From: Candidatus Gottesmanbacteria bacterium
GTDB lineage: Bacteria; Patescibacteriota; Microgenomatia; UBA10105; UBA927
Assembly (NCBI GenBank): GCA_963711735.1
Contig: CAVQFA010000003.1
Location: forward strand, 18,971 to 82,970
Direction: 5' to 3'
Length of the DNA: 64,000 nucleotides
Shown here: one piece after another, positions 19,146-33,563 of the stretch
Numbering within the stretch: the stretch's first letter is position 1
Layout: each line of letters begins with the position of its first letter
Program-made: the position numbers and the translations under genes
The notes under the pieces: generated by a model
The model's database searches: none
What the model was told of the DNA's origin: nothing
What the model saw: the letters and a program-made list of their open reading frames with translations, nothing else

Positions 19146-20051
19146 TTAATTCTTCAGTCTAGCAAAGAAGAGTTGTCCTGCCGGAGTCTGATGAACTTTA
19201 GTCACAACAACGATCAGACTCACCCCCACCTTGTCCCGTGCGTCATCAACAATGACCATTGTTCCGTCAGGAAGATACCCGACGCCCTGCGCACGTTCCT
19301 TCCCTTCGTGGGAAATTTGGATTGTTAGTTCTTCTCCCGGAACAAGAGCAACCCGAAGCGCCTGTGCCAGATCATGAATATTTATAACCCGTACACCCTC
19401 TGCGCGGGCCAGTTGTGCAAGGTTAAAATCGATCGTTAAAAGCTTAACTTTATACCTTTTGGCTATTGCCAGAAGTTTGCGGTCAACTTCTTTTATCTCC
19501 TGGGGGTCTTCATTGATTATTTTGACTTTAATCCGGTCGTTCGCCTTCTGGCCTTTTAACTTAGAAACCACATCCAGTCCCCTTCTCCCCTTCGTTCTTC
19601 TGATCATATCCGGACTGTCTGCGATATGCTGAACTTCAGCAAGTACTATTTCCGGTATGACAAGCGTTCCGGATAGGAAACCTGCGTTCACAACCGGCAG
19701 AATCCGTCCGTCGATAAGAACGCTTGTATCTACCAATATAGGAAATTCACCCAGCGCCACCGGCTTAGATGCCGTTTTTTTCTCCCCGTTTGTCCTGCGG
19801 AAAGGCCGGGTGGTAAGTTGGCCGAATGTTGTTAAATTTCTCACTATCTCACGGGCGAGTGCCTGAGTAAACTCTGCTGTCGGTTGGCCAAAACGACGTT
19901 TTGGAGCCTCTGTACCGGATTTAACAGAAGATGGAATTATGTCTGTTTTGATTTTCGCCTGAGATTGTTTCTTATCAGGCTGAATTCCTTTTGTTTTCAT
20001 AACGGGTATTGTATCACGAAGATATGGATGTTTGTGTCTACGTACTGTCAT
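19146..20051 (-). CDS. PIN- and TRAM-domain protein (YacL-like) with a Lys-rich N-terminal extension
   Basis: PIN core ILVDTSVLIDGRI...; C-terminal TRAM-like beta-barrel GVGYLPDGTMVIVDD; its start overlaps the radA stop by 1 nt, as in the Bacillus radA-yacL arrangement. Confidence 0.7.
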   Translation of the reverse strand: MTVRRHKHPYLRDTIPVMKTKGIQPDKKQSQAKIKTDIIPSSVKSGTEAPKRRFGQPTAEFTQALAREIVRNLTTFGQLTTRPFRRTNGEKKTASKPVALGEFPILVDTSVLIDGRILPVVNAGFLSGTLVIPEIVLAEVQHIADSPDMIRRTKGRRGLDVVSKLKGQKANDRIKVKIINEDPQEIKEVDRKLLAIAKRYKVKLLTIDFNLAQLARAEGVRVINIHDLAQALRVALVPGEELTIQISHEGKERAQGVGYLPDGTMVIVDDARDKVGVSLIVVVTKVHQTPAGQLFFARLKN

Positions 20052-21382
20052 TATCCGAGGAATTGGTATGCCTGTTTCAACGTTTTGACTGTCTGCGGAG
20101 AGATAACTGTAGTAAACCCAAGACGTTTTGCCTCTTTTATCCGCCTTTCAGAGGATGCAACCATACGTACTTCACCGAGTAGTCCTACCTCGCCAAATAC
20201 CGCAGTATGTGACCCTGAAGGTATATTTTTAAAAGACGATAGAATGGCAAGGGAAACAGCGAGGTCTCCTGCCGGCTCAGATACTTTCATTCCGCCGCTT
20301 ACGTTAACAAATATATCAAATGTCCCGAGGGGAATATTCAGACGTTTCTGGAGTATGGCTGTCAGAAGCTGGAGACGGTTATAATCAAACCCGTTTCCGA
20401 CTCTCCGCGGTATAGCAAGCTGAGAAGCAACAACGAGAGCCTGCATCTCCAAAAGAATAGGTCTGGTTCCTTCCAAAACAACGGTCACAACAGATCCGGG
20501 GACATTTTTTACTCTATCTTTCAGAAATATCTCACTGGGATTGTCTATTTCTTTTAATCCCCCGTCTCCCATCTCGAAAATACCGACTTCTTCAATTGCA
20601 CCGAAGCGGTTCTTCAGAGTCCTCAGTATCCGTGCATTAGCAAAACGCTCTCCTTCAAGATAGAGGACTGTGTCAACCATGTGCTCAAGCACTTTCGGTC
20701 CTGCAATAGCCCCTTCTTTCGTGACATGACCGATGATAAAAATAGGTACCCCGTGCCGTTTGGCGGATTCTATGAGAAGCTCTGCTGAGTGTCGTATTTG
20801 ACCGACAGAACCGGGCATACCCTCAAGCTCTTCCGAAAAAAGTGTCTGGATGGAATCGATGACAACCAGAGAAGATGGTGTTGTACCCACCCCTTTTCCC
20901 TTCCAATCATTACCCTGAACCACGCTGAGGATCGATTCTACGTTTGTTTCTGCCAGTATGCGTATATTTTCGCCCGGTATACCCAACCGTTTTGCCCGGA
21001 GCTTTACCTGTTCTGCGGATTCTTCGCCGGATACATAGAGTCCTCCGGTTCTGGCAATCACATGAAGAAGGAGTGTCGATTTACCGATCCCGGGATCTCC
21101 GGCAAGAAGAGTCACTGACCCGGGAACAACCCCGCCTCCCATGACTCTGTCAAACTCCTCAAACGAACTTTTCAGCCTGTTTTTTTCAATATGTTTCACT
21201 TCTGAAAGTTTTACGACTTGTATGCTATGACGGGGTCCTGTTGCTCCGCTTTTTATGCTCTTCACCTCTTCTTCCACCGTTTCCACGAGAGAATTCCACG
21301 TTCCGCACTGGGGACACTTGCCATACCACTGGGGACTCGCAAACGAACATTGCTGACAAACAAATGACGAGTGGAACTTCAT
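20051..21382 (-). CDS. radA: DNA repair protein RadA/Sms
   Basis: N-terminal C4 zinc ribbon (CQQCSFASPQWYGKCPQCGTW), Walker A GDPGIGKST, KNRFG motif, Lon-like C-terminal domain. Confidence 0.9.
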   Translation of the reverse strand: MKFHSSFVCQQCSFASPQWYGKCPQCGTWNSLVETVEEEVKSIKSGATGPRHSIQVVKLSEVKHIEKNRLKSSFEEFDRVMGGGVVPGSVTLLAGDPGIGKSTLLLHVIARTGGLYVSGEESAEQVKLRAKRLGIPGENIRILAETNVESILSVVQGNDWKGKGVGTTPSSLVVIDSIQTLFSEELEGMPGSVGQIRHSAELLIESAKRHGVPIFIIGHVTKEGAIAGPKVLEHMVDTVLYLEGERFANARILRTLKNRFGAIEEVGIFEMGDGGLKEIDNPSEIFLKDRVKNVPGSVVTVVLEGTRPILLEMQALVVASQLAIPRRVGNGFDYNRLQLLTAILQKRLNIPLGTFDIFVNVSGGMKVSEPAGDLAVSLAILSSFKNIPSGSHTAVFGEVGLLGEVRMVASSERRIKEAKRLGFTTVISPQTVKTLKQAYQFLG

Positions 21383-21394
21383 GTGTATGTTCTA

Positions 21395-22588
21395 TTACCG
21401 ATATCCTATCGGTTTTTCCGTGAGCGCCATCGAAAGACTGATTTTTCGCTTATCTGCCTGTACATCCTCGATTATACAGGTTATTTCATCCCCGCTTTTC
21501 GGCTCTTCACCCGGAGATATCTTGGATATATGGATGAGACCTTCTATTCCCGGAGACAAATGGACAAATACTCCGTATGGTGTCACGCGGGTAACGGTAC
21601 CTTTCACCTGCGTGTCTTTCTCAAATTGGTCTGATACATATTCCCACGGATCCGGCAGAAGCTGCTTGAGGGAAAGTGTGAGTTTACCTGTTTCCAAATC
21701 GGCGCCGATCACTTTCACCTTGATGGTATCACCTGTTTTGATATATTGCCCCGGATCTTCAACTTTTTCCCAGGCTATTTCGGAAATGTGGATGAGTCCT
21801 TCAACTGTTTCGCTTTTCCCGTCTTTCTCTATGGTAAATTTAGCAAATGCTCCAAACGGCACCACTCCTGTTATTGTTGCCTGTACTGATTCCCCTACCT
21901 TGACAGCCTCCAATAGCTTTTTTTGCTTCGTCAGCATTTCATCCTCAGCAACCGCCCGCTGGGAAAAGATCAAACGGTTGGTATCACGGTCAACTTCCAT
22001 GACTTTGACGGATACTTTCCTTCCGACTGCCTTATCCGGCTGTTTAGATGTAGCACTCTCAAGCTGAGATTGCGGAATGTACCCGCGTACTCCGCCAAAA
22101 TCCACAAGCATACCACCTCGTACCGGATCTTTGAGTATCACATCAACAGGCAAACCGGTCTTTTGTGCCTCAATAAGAGCGGCCCACCGTGAATCAAAAA
22201 TGCTTCTTCGAAGAGATAAGACTGATTGTCCGCGGTCATTCTCGGGAACAATAACCTGTGCTGTTACTTTATCACCTATAGACAACGCCATGAGAGCGTC
22301 TTTATAAGATTCAAGCTCCCTATCAATAACAACACCTTCGGTTTTTCCTCCGATATCAATCGTAATTTCTTTGGGAGATACACCCGTTACAACTCCTTCG
22401 ACGACGTCTCCTTTTTTTACGCCTTTGAGGGTATATCCCGTCTGCGCGAGAAGTTCTTCCATAGTCTGAGGCTCTCTCGTTAATTTTTTTAGAGACGGAG
22501 TCGTATGATCCGAAGGAATGGAAGGCTCCCGGGTACCTTCATCAGGTAATTTCGTATCAGAAGTTTTTTTGTTTGATTGTTTTGTCAT
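21395..22588 (-). CDS. rpsA: 30S ribosomal protein S1 (four S1 repeats)
   Basis: repeated S1 OB-fold motifs (GDVVEGVVTGV, GDKVTAQVI, GESVQATITGV, DTQVKGTVTRV). Confidence 0.85.
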   Translation of the reverse strand: MTKQSNKKTSDTKLPDEGTREPSIPSDHTTPSLKKLTREPQTMEELLAQTGYTLKGVKKGDVVEGVVTGVSPKEITIDIGGKTEGVVIDRELESYKDALMALSIGDKVTAQVIVPENDRGQSVLSLRRSIFDSRWAALIEAQKTGLPVDVILKDPVRGGMLVDFGGVRGYIPQSQLESATSKQPDKAVGRKVSVKVMEVDRDTNRLIFSQRAVAEDEMLTKQKKLLEAVKVGESVQATITGVVPFGAFAKFTIEKDGKSETVEGLIHISEIAWEKVEDPGQYIKTGDTIKVKVIGADLETGKLTLSLKQLLPDPWEYVSDQFEKDTQVKGTVTRVTPYGVFVHLSPGIEGLIHISKISPGEEPKSGDEITCIIEDVQADKRKISLSMALTEKPIGYR

Positions 22589-22747
22589 GCATGTATACCG
22601 CCTTTCGTTTTAAGATACGGGTATTATACGCTGTCATATGCGATATCTCAAGGATGACGAAAAGAAATATGGGAGAGACTCACTCCGGTTTCATTCAATC
22701 GGATGATCCGAAGAGGTTTAACATCCAATAACAAAGGGTGTTTTAAC

Positions 22748-22870
22748 ACAAAAAACCGCTCCATGGTACCCCAGCCTTGACTTATCTTCCCGGAATCTTG
22801 CGAAACAGGTATTGTCAGCGCTAACGCGTTTCACTGCCCAGTTCGGAATGGGATGGGGTGGTGCCACGTC
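22748..22870 (-). rRNA. 5S rRNA (boundaries approximate)
   Basis: minus-strand sequence CCGAACUGGGCAGUGAAACGCGUUAGCGCUGA matches the conserved 5S loop B/helix III core (E. coli CCGAACUCAGAAGUGAAACGCCGUAGCGCCGA). Confidence 0.6.
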
Positions 22871-23034
22871 GCATAAAAAGCTGGAGAACCACAAAAGCGG
22901 TTCTTCACTAATACTATTAATTTTTTAATTCACTTAAACTTCTGCGTTTCTTTTCAATGTAGTTGCACAATAAGGGAGAATCTATATTGATTTCTCTTAT
23001 GTATATATTCGCGGTATACAAAAGATATCCTTTG

Positions 23035-26262
<3,228 letters not shown>

Positions 26263-26504
26263 TATAAAATAGGACTCGTATATTACCGCGAAATAAAACT
26301 GTAGAGAGAATCATTTTGTAGATTCCCCCTTATGATGCAACTACTTATAAATATTGACAATAATTCAGCATGTTACTGAATTATTAATAAAACCCTATAT
26401 GTTCACTTGTCAAAGTGCAATATCTTACGTAGTACGGTGTACGATGTATGATTTAAGTAAATTAATCAATTCTTAAATCGTACTTCCTAAACCGTAAATC
26501 GTTT

Positions 26505-26625
26505 TTCTCTGTGGCGCGCAAAAACTTCGTTTTCCTGCCAGTCCTTGTTTTCTCTGTGGCGCTGAAAACTTCGTTTTCCTGCCAGTCCTTGTTTTCTCTG
26601 TGGCGCGCAAAAACTTCGTTTTCAG
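26505..26625. repeat. about 45-bp tandem repeat x2.6 in the spacer between tRNA-Ala(UGC) and the 23S 5' end
   Basis: tctctgtggcgcgcaaaaacttcgttttcctgccagtccttgttt repeated with minor variants. Confidence 0.65.
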
Positions 26626-26677
26626 CATTCACAGCAGTAAGCTCATCTTCGCTTCGCTCAGATTCACTAACTGACTG

Positions 26678-26750
26678 TGGACCTGGGCGGAGTCGAACCG
26701 CCTGCCTCTTCATTGCAAATGAAGCGTTCAACCAGGTAAACTTCAGGCCC
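26678..26750 (-). tRNA. tRNA-Ala (anticodon UGC), upstream of the 23S rRNA
   Basis: minus-strand GGGCCTG...CAGGTCCA acceptor with G3:U70; anticodon stem CTTCA/TGAAG with loop TTTGCAA; T-arm GGCGG-TTCGACT-CCGCC. Confidence 0.85.
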
Positions 26751-27141
26751 TAATAATTTTGCTGTATGAAGCAAATTTAGTAACGCAAAATTTTCCGGGT
26801 TTACCTTAGCAGCACCGGTTGACAGGATTTACCCTATGCCTCATAGTCCCACCTATTATTATTCAATGTGCGAGTGTCTATTCGTATCCGTTGCAAATGT
26901 ATCCGAAAATTCCCGTGTACCATTAAAAAACCCCGCTTGACGCGGGGCGATACGAAGTTCACAAGAAGCTAATCAGCACGACAAAAACCAATAATTTGTA
27001 TAAGGTATTGTGTGTATCTTCTCATGAATCGATTTGCAGAAGTGATTATATGGTGAAATACAATCACAAATTGCCCTGCATCAAGAGCATCAAGTATTTT
27101 ACCTTTCCTGCTACGCTATTGTCAATACTCGTCTGTATGGG

Positions 27142-28483
27142 TTATTTCATCTCTTTCAATATTCTCCCGAGAGCGACTGTGAATGCCGCTGTCCGGAGAC
27201 TTATCTTGTTCTTTTTAGAAGCTTCCCATATTATGTGTGTTTCTTTTTCCATTTTATTTTTCAGTTTCATATTTACGTCCTTTTTCGTCCAATGTTCGCC
27301 TTTCAGATTCTGCTCCCACTCAAATGCGGACACTGTCACGCCGCCTGAATTAGAAAGTATATCAGGAACAACCGGTATGTTACGCGTAAAAAGAATGTTA
27401 TCAGCCTCGGGTGTTGTCGGACCATTCGCCATTTCTAAAATTACCTTTGCCTTAATTCTGGGAGCGTTATCCTTTGTGAGTACGCTCTCGAGCGCTGCAG
27501 GAACCAATATATCTACCGGTAGCTCCAGAAGTTCTTCGTTCGTCACCTGTTTTCCTTTTTTAACATCACATACGGATCCGCTGCAATAGCATCCCGCAAG
27601 CATTCCGGTCCGCTTTTTACAATCCAAGCGTCATGGCAGGATCAAGTCCTTCGGGTACGTATATGCCTCCCTTACTGTCAGAAACTGCTACAACTTTAAA
27701 TCCGGCTTCGTAGAGAAACTTCGTTATGTTATACCCGACATTTCCGAAACCCTGTACGGCAACTGTCAGTTTTTTATTATTTTTCAGATTGAGTTTTGCC
27801 AGTATCGCCTGCAAAACATATAAACCCCCGAGTCCTGTCGCCTCTTCCCTGCCTTCACTGCCTCCGTCTTTTATCAGTTTCCCCGTAAACGTCGCCCTTA
27901 GCTTTTCCTTTTCTTTCTTTGATAATTTAAATTTATTCTGCCAGCTGGCGGACCGGCTTTTAATTTTTATATACTCATCCACCATCCACCCCATAATCAC
28001 ACCGTTGGTATTGACATCCGGTGCAGGAACATCTATGTCCGGACCTACAAAATCAGCAATTGCCCGTGCGTATCCGCGGGACAATCGTTCCAGTTCACCT
28101 GCTGACAATGTTTTGGGATCTACAACGATCCCGCCTTTCCCGCCGCCAAGCGGAAGGTCTGCAACCGCACATTTCATTGCCATCCAGAAAGAAAGCGCCT
28201 TTACTTCATCGAGAGAAACCTGTTTATGGTACCGGATCCCGCCTTTATACGGTCCGCGGGCATTATTAAACTGGACACGGTATCCCTGGAAAATTCGTAC
28301 CGATCCGTTATCCATCTTCACCGGTATGGTGACATTGACAATTCTTTGAGGTTGTCTCAGGATCTCCAACTTCTGTTTTATTGCTGACTCCCGAGAACTG
28401 ACGGTTGACAACTTCGTTGCAGCTTTTTCAAGTTGCTTCATGGCATTATCAAACGGATTGGAAACAGATGTGTGTGTATTCAT
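27142..28483 (-). pseudogene. gdhA: NAD(P)-dependent glutamate dehydrogenase (Glu/Leu/Phe/Val dehydrogenase family) with one frameshift near 27620
   Basis: catalytic-domain motif KGGIRYH...GGGKGGI; Rossmann motif GFGNVGYNITKFL; C-terminal TNEELLELPVDILVPAALE in a second frame; an A5 run lies at the junction. Confidence 0.8.
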
Positions 28484-28636
28484 ATGCTCCGTATACTACC
28501 CATATTTTCTATAAATGTAAATACTGCTCATAACCCAAACCCTGACTATGAGTATATGCAGGCAAACTGAAAATAAGCTGAGAAAAACGTGGGTATCCGA
28601 TAAAATGAATTTTATCCAAACTTTTGAATACCTTCC

Positions 28637-29354
28637 TCAGAAGAACGGGTCAAATTTCAACTGGTCACGGGGAACCCCTGCTGAAAGTAATTTTTCCTGT
28701 GTCTGTGTAATCATATCCTTCTTTCCGCATAGATAAAAATCACAGTTTTTGACATCTTTCTCATTGGTCAAGACGTACTCCGTCACGTGCCCCTTCAGCC
28801 CTTTCCAATCCTCCGGAGGTCTGGATAATACCGGATAATATGAAAAGTATGCGTGATTGCTGCTTAATGTTGTCAGCTCATCCTGTATATACATATCTTC
28901 TTTAAACCGTAATCCCCAGTACAACGCAATAGGTACCGTTTTGCATACGCCTTCATACTTGTCCAGAAGCATTGACCGAAAAGGTGCAATTCCCGTACCG
29001 GTTCCCACCATGACCCGTTTCCGCGGACTTTCACAATCGATGACAAACCTACCAAGAGGAGCTGTAAATTCCAGAGGATCCCCGACTTTGAGTGCTTCCA
29101 TCCACTTGAGACCCGGGACCACCCGGAGTCGTATCCTGAAATGATGTAATGACAGTGTTTTCCGTCGGAGGACTGCCAATCGACATGGAACGGAATATGT
29201 TCGGTGCAACGGTAATCATCATCGTTTGTCCGGCAATAAAATCTATAGACGGAGGGTTTATAAGACTATATTTTGCGAGGTACACATGTGGTGTAATTTT
29301 CACTTTTTCAGTCACTGTGGCTTTGAATTTTTGGGGTTTTGCAAAATTCATCAT
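28637..29354 (-). pseudogene. ferredoxin-NADP reductase-like FAD/NAD(P)-binding oxidoreductase with one frameshift near 29130
   Basis: N-terminal FAD-binding RSMSIGSPP (RxYS-like) in ORF 29049..29354; NAD-binding MVGTGTGIAPFRSML and the C-terminus in ORF 28637..29209, a different frame. Confidence 0.6.
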
Positions 29355-29358
29355 TCAT

Positions 29359-29583
29359 TCATTGTAAATTGAAGCGTACCAATTGTAAAATTGAAATAGT
29401 TACAATTGTCGGTATAACAATTGTTGGTGAAATGATAGGTGTTATTGTTGGTATCAATGTTCCTTTCGGTGTCAATATTTTTTGGTCGCTAACCTGACCT
29501 GTCTTATGCTGAGTAGATACAATATACCCACCATAGAAGAATAAAGCCAACATTACTCCGACTAACAAATATTTCATATACAT
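29359..29583 (-). CDS. small secreted or membrane protein (signal peptide followed by an Ile/Thr/Pro-rich tail)
   Basis: 74-aa ORF, N-terminal hydrophobic helix, low-complexity C-terminus. Confidence 0.3.
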   Translation of the reverse strand: MYMKYLLVGVMLALFFYGGYIVSTQHKTGQVSDQKILTPKGTLIPTITPIISPTIVIPTIVTISILQLVRFNLQ

Positions 29584-29621
29584 CTACTTATTGTATCTTT
29601 AGATTTAAATGATAGTTGGAC

Positions 29622-30607
29622 TTATTCTTCCAGCCACTTTTGCACATCAAGCGCAGCCATCGTGCCCATACCGGCTGCAACAATTGCCTGGCGGTAGCGG
29701 GGATCAGTACAGTCCCCGGCAGCAAATACCCCCGGCCTGCTTGTTGCGGTATGCACTTGGTGTCCGCCGCTTATCAGAACATATCCTTTATCATCCAGAT
29801 CTACGAATCCTTTCAGGAATGCCGTAGCGGGAGTATGACCGATCGCCACAAACACACCCTCAACCGGAAATTTTTCCTTTTTATTGGTTTTTGTATCTGT
29901 AAGGTCAATTCCGCGCACAGCCGTATCGCCGTAAAAAGTATCAACAGCTTTATTTGTCAGAAATGAAATTTTCGGATTATTCTTTGCTTTTTCGAGCATT
30001 ATGGGAGATGCCCGGAACGTATCGCGTCTGTGAATGATTGTCACGTGTGGTGCAAACGTTGTGAGAAATGTTGCGTCCTCCATAGCCGTATCCCCGCCCC
30101 CCAGGACCGCCACTTTTTTTCCGCGGAAGAAAAAACCGTCACAGGTTGCACAATAGCTTACCCCTTTTCCCGGAATGACTCCTCAGACGGAATCCCTAAT
30201 TTTTTCGCGCTTGCCCCTGTTGCGATAATTATTGATCTTGCCTGATAAACATCATTTTCTGTCTTAACTTCAAATATATTTTTCTCTCCCTTTTTACTTA
30301 CAACCGATTTATCCGCCGTAGTCTTGGCGAAGGTGGACAGCTCACAACTCACAACCGATTCGGTCCGTACTTCCGTTCCGAATCTCTCCGCTTGTTTTCT
30401 CATGTCCTCCAGAAGATCCGGTCCCATGACGCCTTTGGGAAATCCGGGAAAATTTTCAACCTGTGTCGTTGTAGTCAGCTGTCCTCCCGGTTCGGGACCG
30501 GTCAAAATAAGCGTTTTGAGAAACGCCCGTGATGTATAGATTGCTCCGGTGTATCCCGCCGGCCCGCTTCCGACGATAATAACATCGTATACATTTGATG
30601 CATTCAT
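29622..30607 (-). pseudogene. trxB: thioredoxin-disulfide reductase (TrxB) with a single 1-nt frameshift at an A4G4 run near 30155
   Basis: N-terminal VIIVGSGPAGYTGAIY; the active site GVSYCATCDGFFFRGKKVAVLGGGDTAMEDA is encoded across the junction; C-terminal GVFAAGDCTD. Confidence 0.85.
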
Positions 30608-30636
30608 ATCGTAAATCGTAAATCTTAAATCGTAAA

Positions 30637-30960
30637 TCAGCTCATGAGCTTATTCAGTTCCCCGACGAGTGTTTCTTTGCTTTGTACTCCGACGAATTGC
30701 TTTACCGCTTTTCCGTCCTTAAATAGTATTATTGTCGGAATGGACATAATACCGAATTGTTGGGCTTTCTGTGGGTTTTCATCAACATTGACTTTTCCGA
30801 CCTTTGCCTTCCCTGTCATCGCTGTAGCCACTTCTTCTACGATCGGTCCCTGAATTCTGCACGGTCCGCACCAAACAGCCCAAAAATCCACAAGCACCGG
30901 TTCTGTTGCTTTCAGTACTTCTGCATCAAAATTTTGATCCGTAATTACGATATCTGTCAT
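30637..30960 (-). CDS. trxA: thioredoxin
   Basis: WAVWCGPCR active site; 107 aa. Confidence 0.9.
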   Translation of the reverse strand: MTDIVITDQNFDAEVLKATEPVLVDFWAVWCGPCRIQGPIVEEVATAMTGKAKVGKVNVDENPQKAQQFGIMSIPTIILFKDGKAVKQFVGVQSKETLVGELNKLMS

Positions 30961-31076
30961 GGTTTCCTCCTGTTTAAGAATGTAAGTGTACTCAAATATG
31001 TATTTTCTGTAAATAATGTATTACTATATCTTATTGTACACGTTATTTGATAGTATACGAATTGTAGATTGATTAT

Positions 31077-31523
31077 ATGCGTATTTTTTTTGCAGGACCT
31101 TTAACGGAACTCACACATCCGGGACAAACAAAAGCGTTTTATAAAAGGCTCGGTGATGTTGCAGTGGAATGCGGGTTTACGTATTTTTGGGCGTTTTTAA
31201 GCGGTACTGACCCGGTAAAAGACCCGAATGTGGATCCTGCGTATATTTACTATAAAGACCTTAAAGAATTGGAGACGTCAAACCTCATGATAGCCTACGT
31301 CGGTGAACCGTCTCACGGTACCGGCCAGGAGCTGGAGTATGCCAAAGAACACAATATTCCGGTGTATTTGTTATTTGAAAAAAGCCGTGATATCTCCCGT
31401 ATGATTCTCGGCAATCCTGCAGTCAAAGGAATAATAGCATTTACGACATACGACGATGCGATCACGCAGCTTCGCGGATTACTCAAACAAATCAAATCCC
31501 GGCTCACTATACACTCTGCGTAG
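31077..31523 (+). CDS. nucleoside 2-deoxyribosyltransferase-like (Rossmann-like) protein
   Basis: MRIFFAGPL N-terminus and the SHGTGQELEYA motif typical of the NDT/YtoQ-like fold; call is tentative. Confidence 0.45.
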   Translation: MRIFFAGPLTELTHPGQTKAFYKRLGDVAVECGFTYFWAFLSGTDPVKDPNVDPAYIYYKDLKELETSNLMIAYVGEPSHGTGQELEYAKEHNIPVYLLFEKSRDISRMILGNPAVKGIIAFTTYDDAITQLRGLLKQIKSRLTIHSA

Positions 31524-31613
31524 TGCCTTCATTTTTCCCAAAAAACCACTTGTGACTCAAGACGTCCGAGCCTCACAGAATACCCCTGTGTGCTTGAGTG
31601 AGATATGATCTCA

Positions 31614-33167
31614 TCAGGAAGCCATAATCCGTTCGTTAAATCGTATACTGCAAAATGCCGTGCGTCCGGTATCCCGACGTTTCCCCTTAGCTTCATCTCC
31701 CGAATGCAGATTTGTAATAATCGTCATTCCGGCAATATCACGAAATGCATATTGCATGGGGATGATATTGTATGCATTACCGCCCCATCTCTCCGGTACA
31801 CTAAACCCGCCTTCCTGCATAATCCTTGAGCTTCGCAGTTCCCGGACTGTCTCGTAACATGCAGACAAATACCTGTCTTCAGCTTCATGCGGTTCTGTTG
31901 ATAAATGTACTTTCATTTGCAGACGGCCTCCTTTTTCCTCACCGTGTTTCATGAGGAATGCTCCCGGCAGAAAACCGGTCACGGATAATGCTGCACGGCC
32001 GGCCAGAGACCCAAACCGGTACGCAAGCGACATGTCATCATGTGTTCCTATAAACGTAAGCAATTTGTTTAAAAATTCAGGCTGGAACTCCAACACTTTT
32101 AATCTCCGGTACAGATCCTCAGGGTGTATTTCAGAAGCGAGTATTCTTGCCAGCCTGTCATAGAAGTCATTTTTTCCGTACAGCCAGTCGAATCCGGCTC
32201 TGGATAAAATGCCCATATCGTCGATCCCGTGAATTATATTGTATGATTCCGCAATCAATTTTTTTTTGCCCTGCCCAAAATAACTATCCGCTGCGTTCCG
32301 TACTTTTTCCCAAAAATTATTGCGTCTCATGAACGTTTTCTCTTCGTCTGTCATGAGCCAGCCCCAGGTATGCAGAAATGTTTCGGGGTTGGCAAGCATT
32401 GCCATGTCACACCGCACTCCGTCACAGTGTTCCAGAATGGACAGAACCTGGCGGATCATAAAATCCTGCGCTTCCGGGACTGCGTAATTTAGTTGTAAAC
32501 AATCATAATACGGGCCGTAATTCGGATCACGGGATTTCGCAAAATACCGTGTCTCACCGTCAATTCTAACAGGGAAATATTCATAATCATTATCTTTTCC
32601 GATTTCTTCCGTTACTTCTATAAACATGTCGGGGTGGCTGTATACTAAATTTGTATCCAGCCCGAAATGAAGAATGAAATCCAGATATAACCGTACTCCC
32701 TTTTTGTTCAGATACGTATGTACTTTATCTACTTCGTGCCAATTTCGTGCCAGATTCGGATCCGGAGTATATTCCGAAATGGCAAACGCGGACCCTGTTA
32801 CCGTCTCTTTCGTTACACCCGGGTCAAACTCCCTGTATTCGCTCATGCATACAGGGCGTTGTGCTGCAGCACGAACTAAAGGACCGCAGGGATAGAGACC
32901 GGCCGTAAACCAAATCGCATCTGTTCCGTCAGCTACACTGTCCCATACCTCCCGTGGGTAGTGTCCGATTGTTCTTTGTCCGACGTGTCTCGTTACTTCC
33001 CCTGCAAACGTTCTGATATTGAGCCATTTTATGAGCGGGTATTGGACTTTATCACCGGGTTCCAATAGTTCTTTTACACGGGGAAGGTAGGATAACGGAT
33101 CATAATCCTTCCGGATATAATCTTGTTCCCGAAGCGTTGTATCACCGCGCACCTCAGCTAATGCCAT
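31614..33167 (-). CDS. alpha-amylase-family glycoside hydrolase (GH13-like)
   Basis: GTDAIWFTAGLYPCGP resembles the GH13 catalytic-barrel start; GVRLYLDFILHFG resembles region I; family assignment is tentative. Confidence 0.45.
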   Translation of the reverse strand: MALAEVRGDTTLREQDYIRKDYDPLSYLPRVKELLEPGDKVQYPLIKWLNIRTFAGEVTRHVGQRTIGHYPREVWDSVADGTDAIWFTAGLYPCGPLVRAAAQRPVCMSEYREFDPGVTKETVTGSAFAISEYTPDPNLARNWHEVDKVHTYLNKKGVRLYLDFILHFGLDTNLVYSHPDMFIEVTEEIGKDNDYEYFPVRIDGETRYFAKSRDPNYGPYYDCLQLNYAVPEAQDFMIRQVLSILEHCDGVRCDMAMLANPETFLHTWGWLMTDEEKTFMRRNNFWEKVRNAADSYFGQGKKKLIAESYNIIHGIDDMGILSRAGFDWLYGKNDFYDRLARILASEIHPEDLYRRLKVLEFQPEFLNKLLTFIGTHDDMSLAYRFGSLAGRAALSVTGFLPGAFLMKHGEEKGGRLQMKVHLSTEPHEAEDRYLSACYETVRELRSSRIMQEGGFSVPERWGGNAYNIIPMQYAFRDIAGMTIITNLHSGDEAKGKRRDTGRTAFCSIRFNERIMAS

Positions 33168-33308
33168 TGATAAAGAGTAGAAATAATTTCAGACAACTAT
33201 ACTGGTTACTCTTTTACGCTATGATTATAAAAACGTTCTGTCAATAGATAAACAGTATGCAGGGAATTCCCGGGGGCACGCGTTTGATCGGATGGGCAAA
33301 AAGAAGAA

Positions 33309-33563
33309 TTACGGCAGAACCGTATAACCGGTTTTGTTTATTGTAGCAATGATTTCTTTCTCCGTATTTTTTTTCGCGTCATACTCCACTTCCACTTCGC
33401 CTTTTGCGTAACTACCGTGGGCTTTCACTCCGATATCCTCAAGCGCAAACTCGATTGCCAGAGCACAGCTCGTACAATGCATATTATTGATTTTCAATAC
33501 TTTCGTAACCATAAAAAATTCCAAAGTAATCCTAAGATTCCTATTGGACAACGGTAAATTCAC
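33309..33563 (-). CDS. copZ: heavy-metal-associated (HMA) domain copper chaperone, CopZ-like; the true start is probably the internal Met near 33512
   Basis: MHCTSCA metal-binding motif (MxCxxC) within a ~68-aa ferredoxin-like domain. Confidence 0.7.
   Translation of the reverse strand: MNLPLSNRNLRITLEFFMVTKVLKINNMHCTSCALAIEFALEDIGVKAHGSYAKGEVEVEYDAKKNTEKEIIATINKTGYTVLP

Noticed and set aside
18900-19328. 142-aa plus-strand ORF
   Set aside because: It overlaps yacL on the opposite strand and the better-supported leaderless 58-aa minus-strand ORF with its own promoter; the sequence is low-complexity.
26505-26625. CRISPR array
   Set aside because: The units are directly tandem, 45 bp long, with no unique spacers.
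26996-27589. 197-aa plus-strand ORF
   Set aside because: It is antisense to the conserved C-terminal half of glutamate dehydrogenase and is low-complexity and hydrophobic with no motifs.
28530-28550. Recurring cccaaaccc motif (18182, 18485, 18905, 28533) as a binding site
   Set aside because: There are only four copies and the contexts are heterogeneous, and I cannot exclude compositional chance without a genome-wide count. It is mentioned only within the island description.
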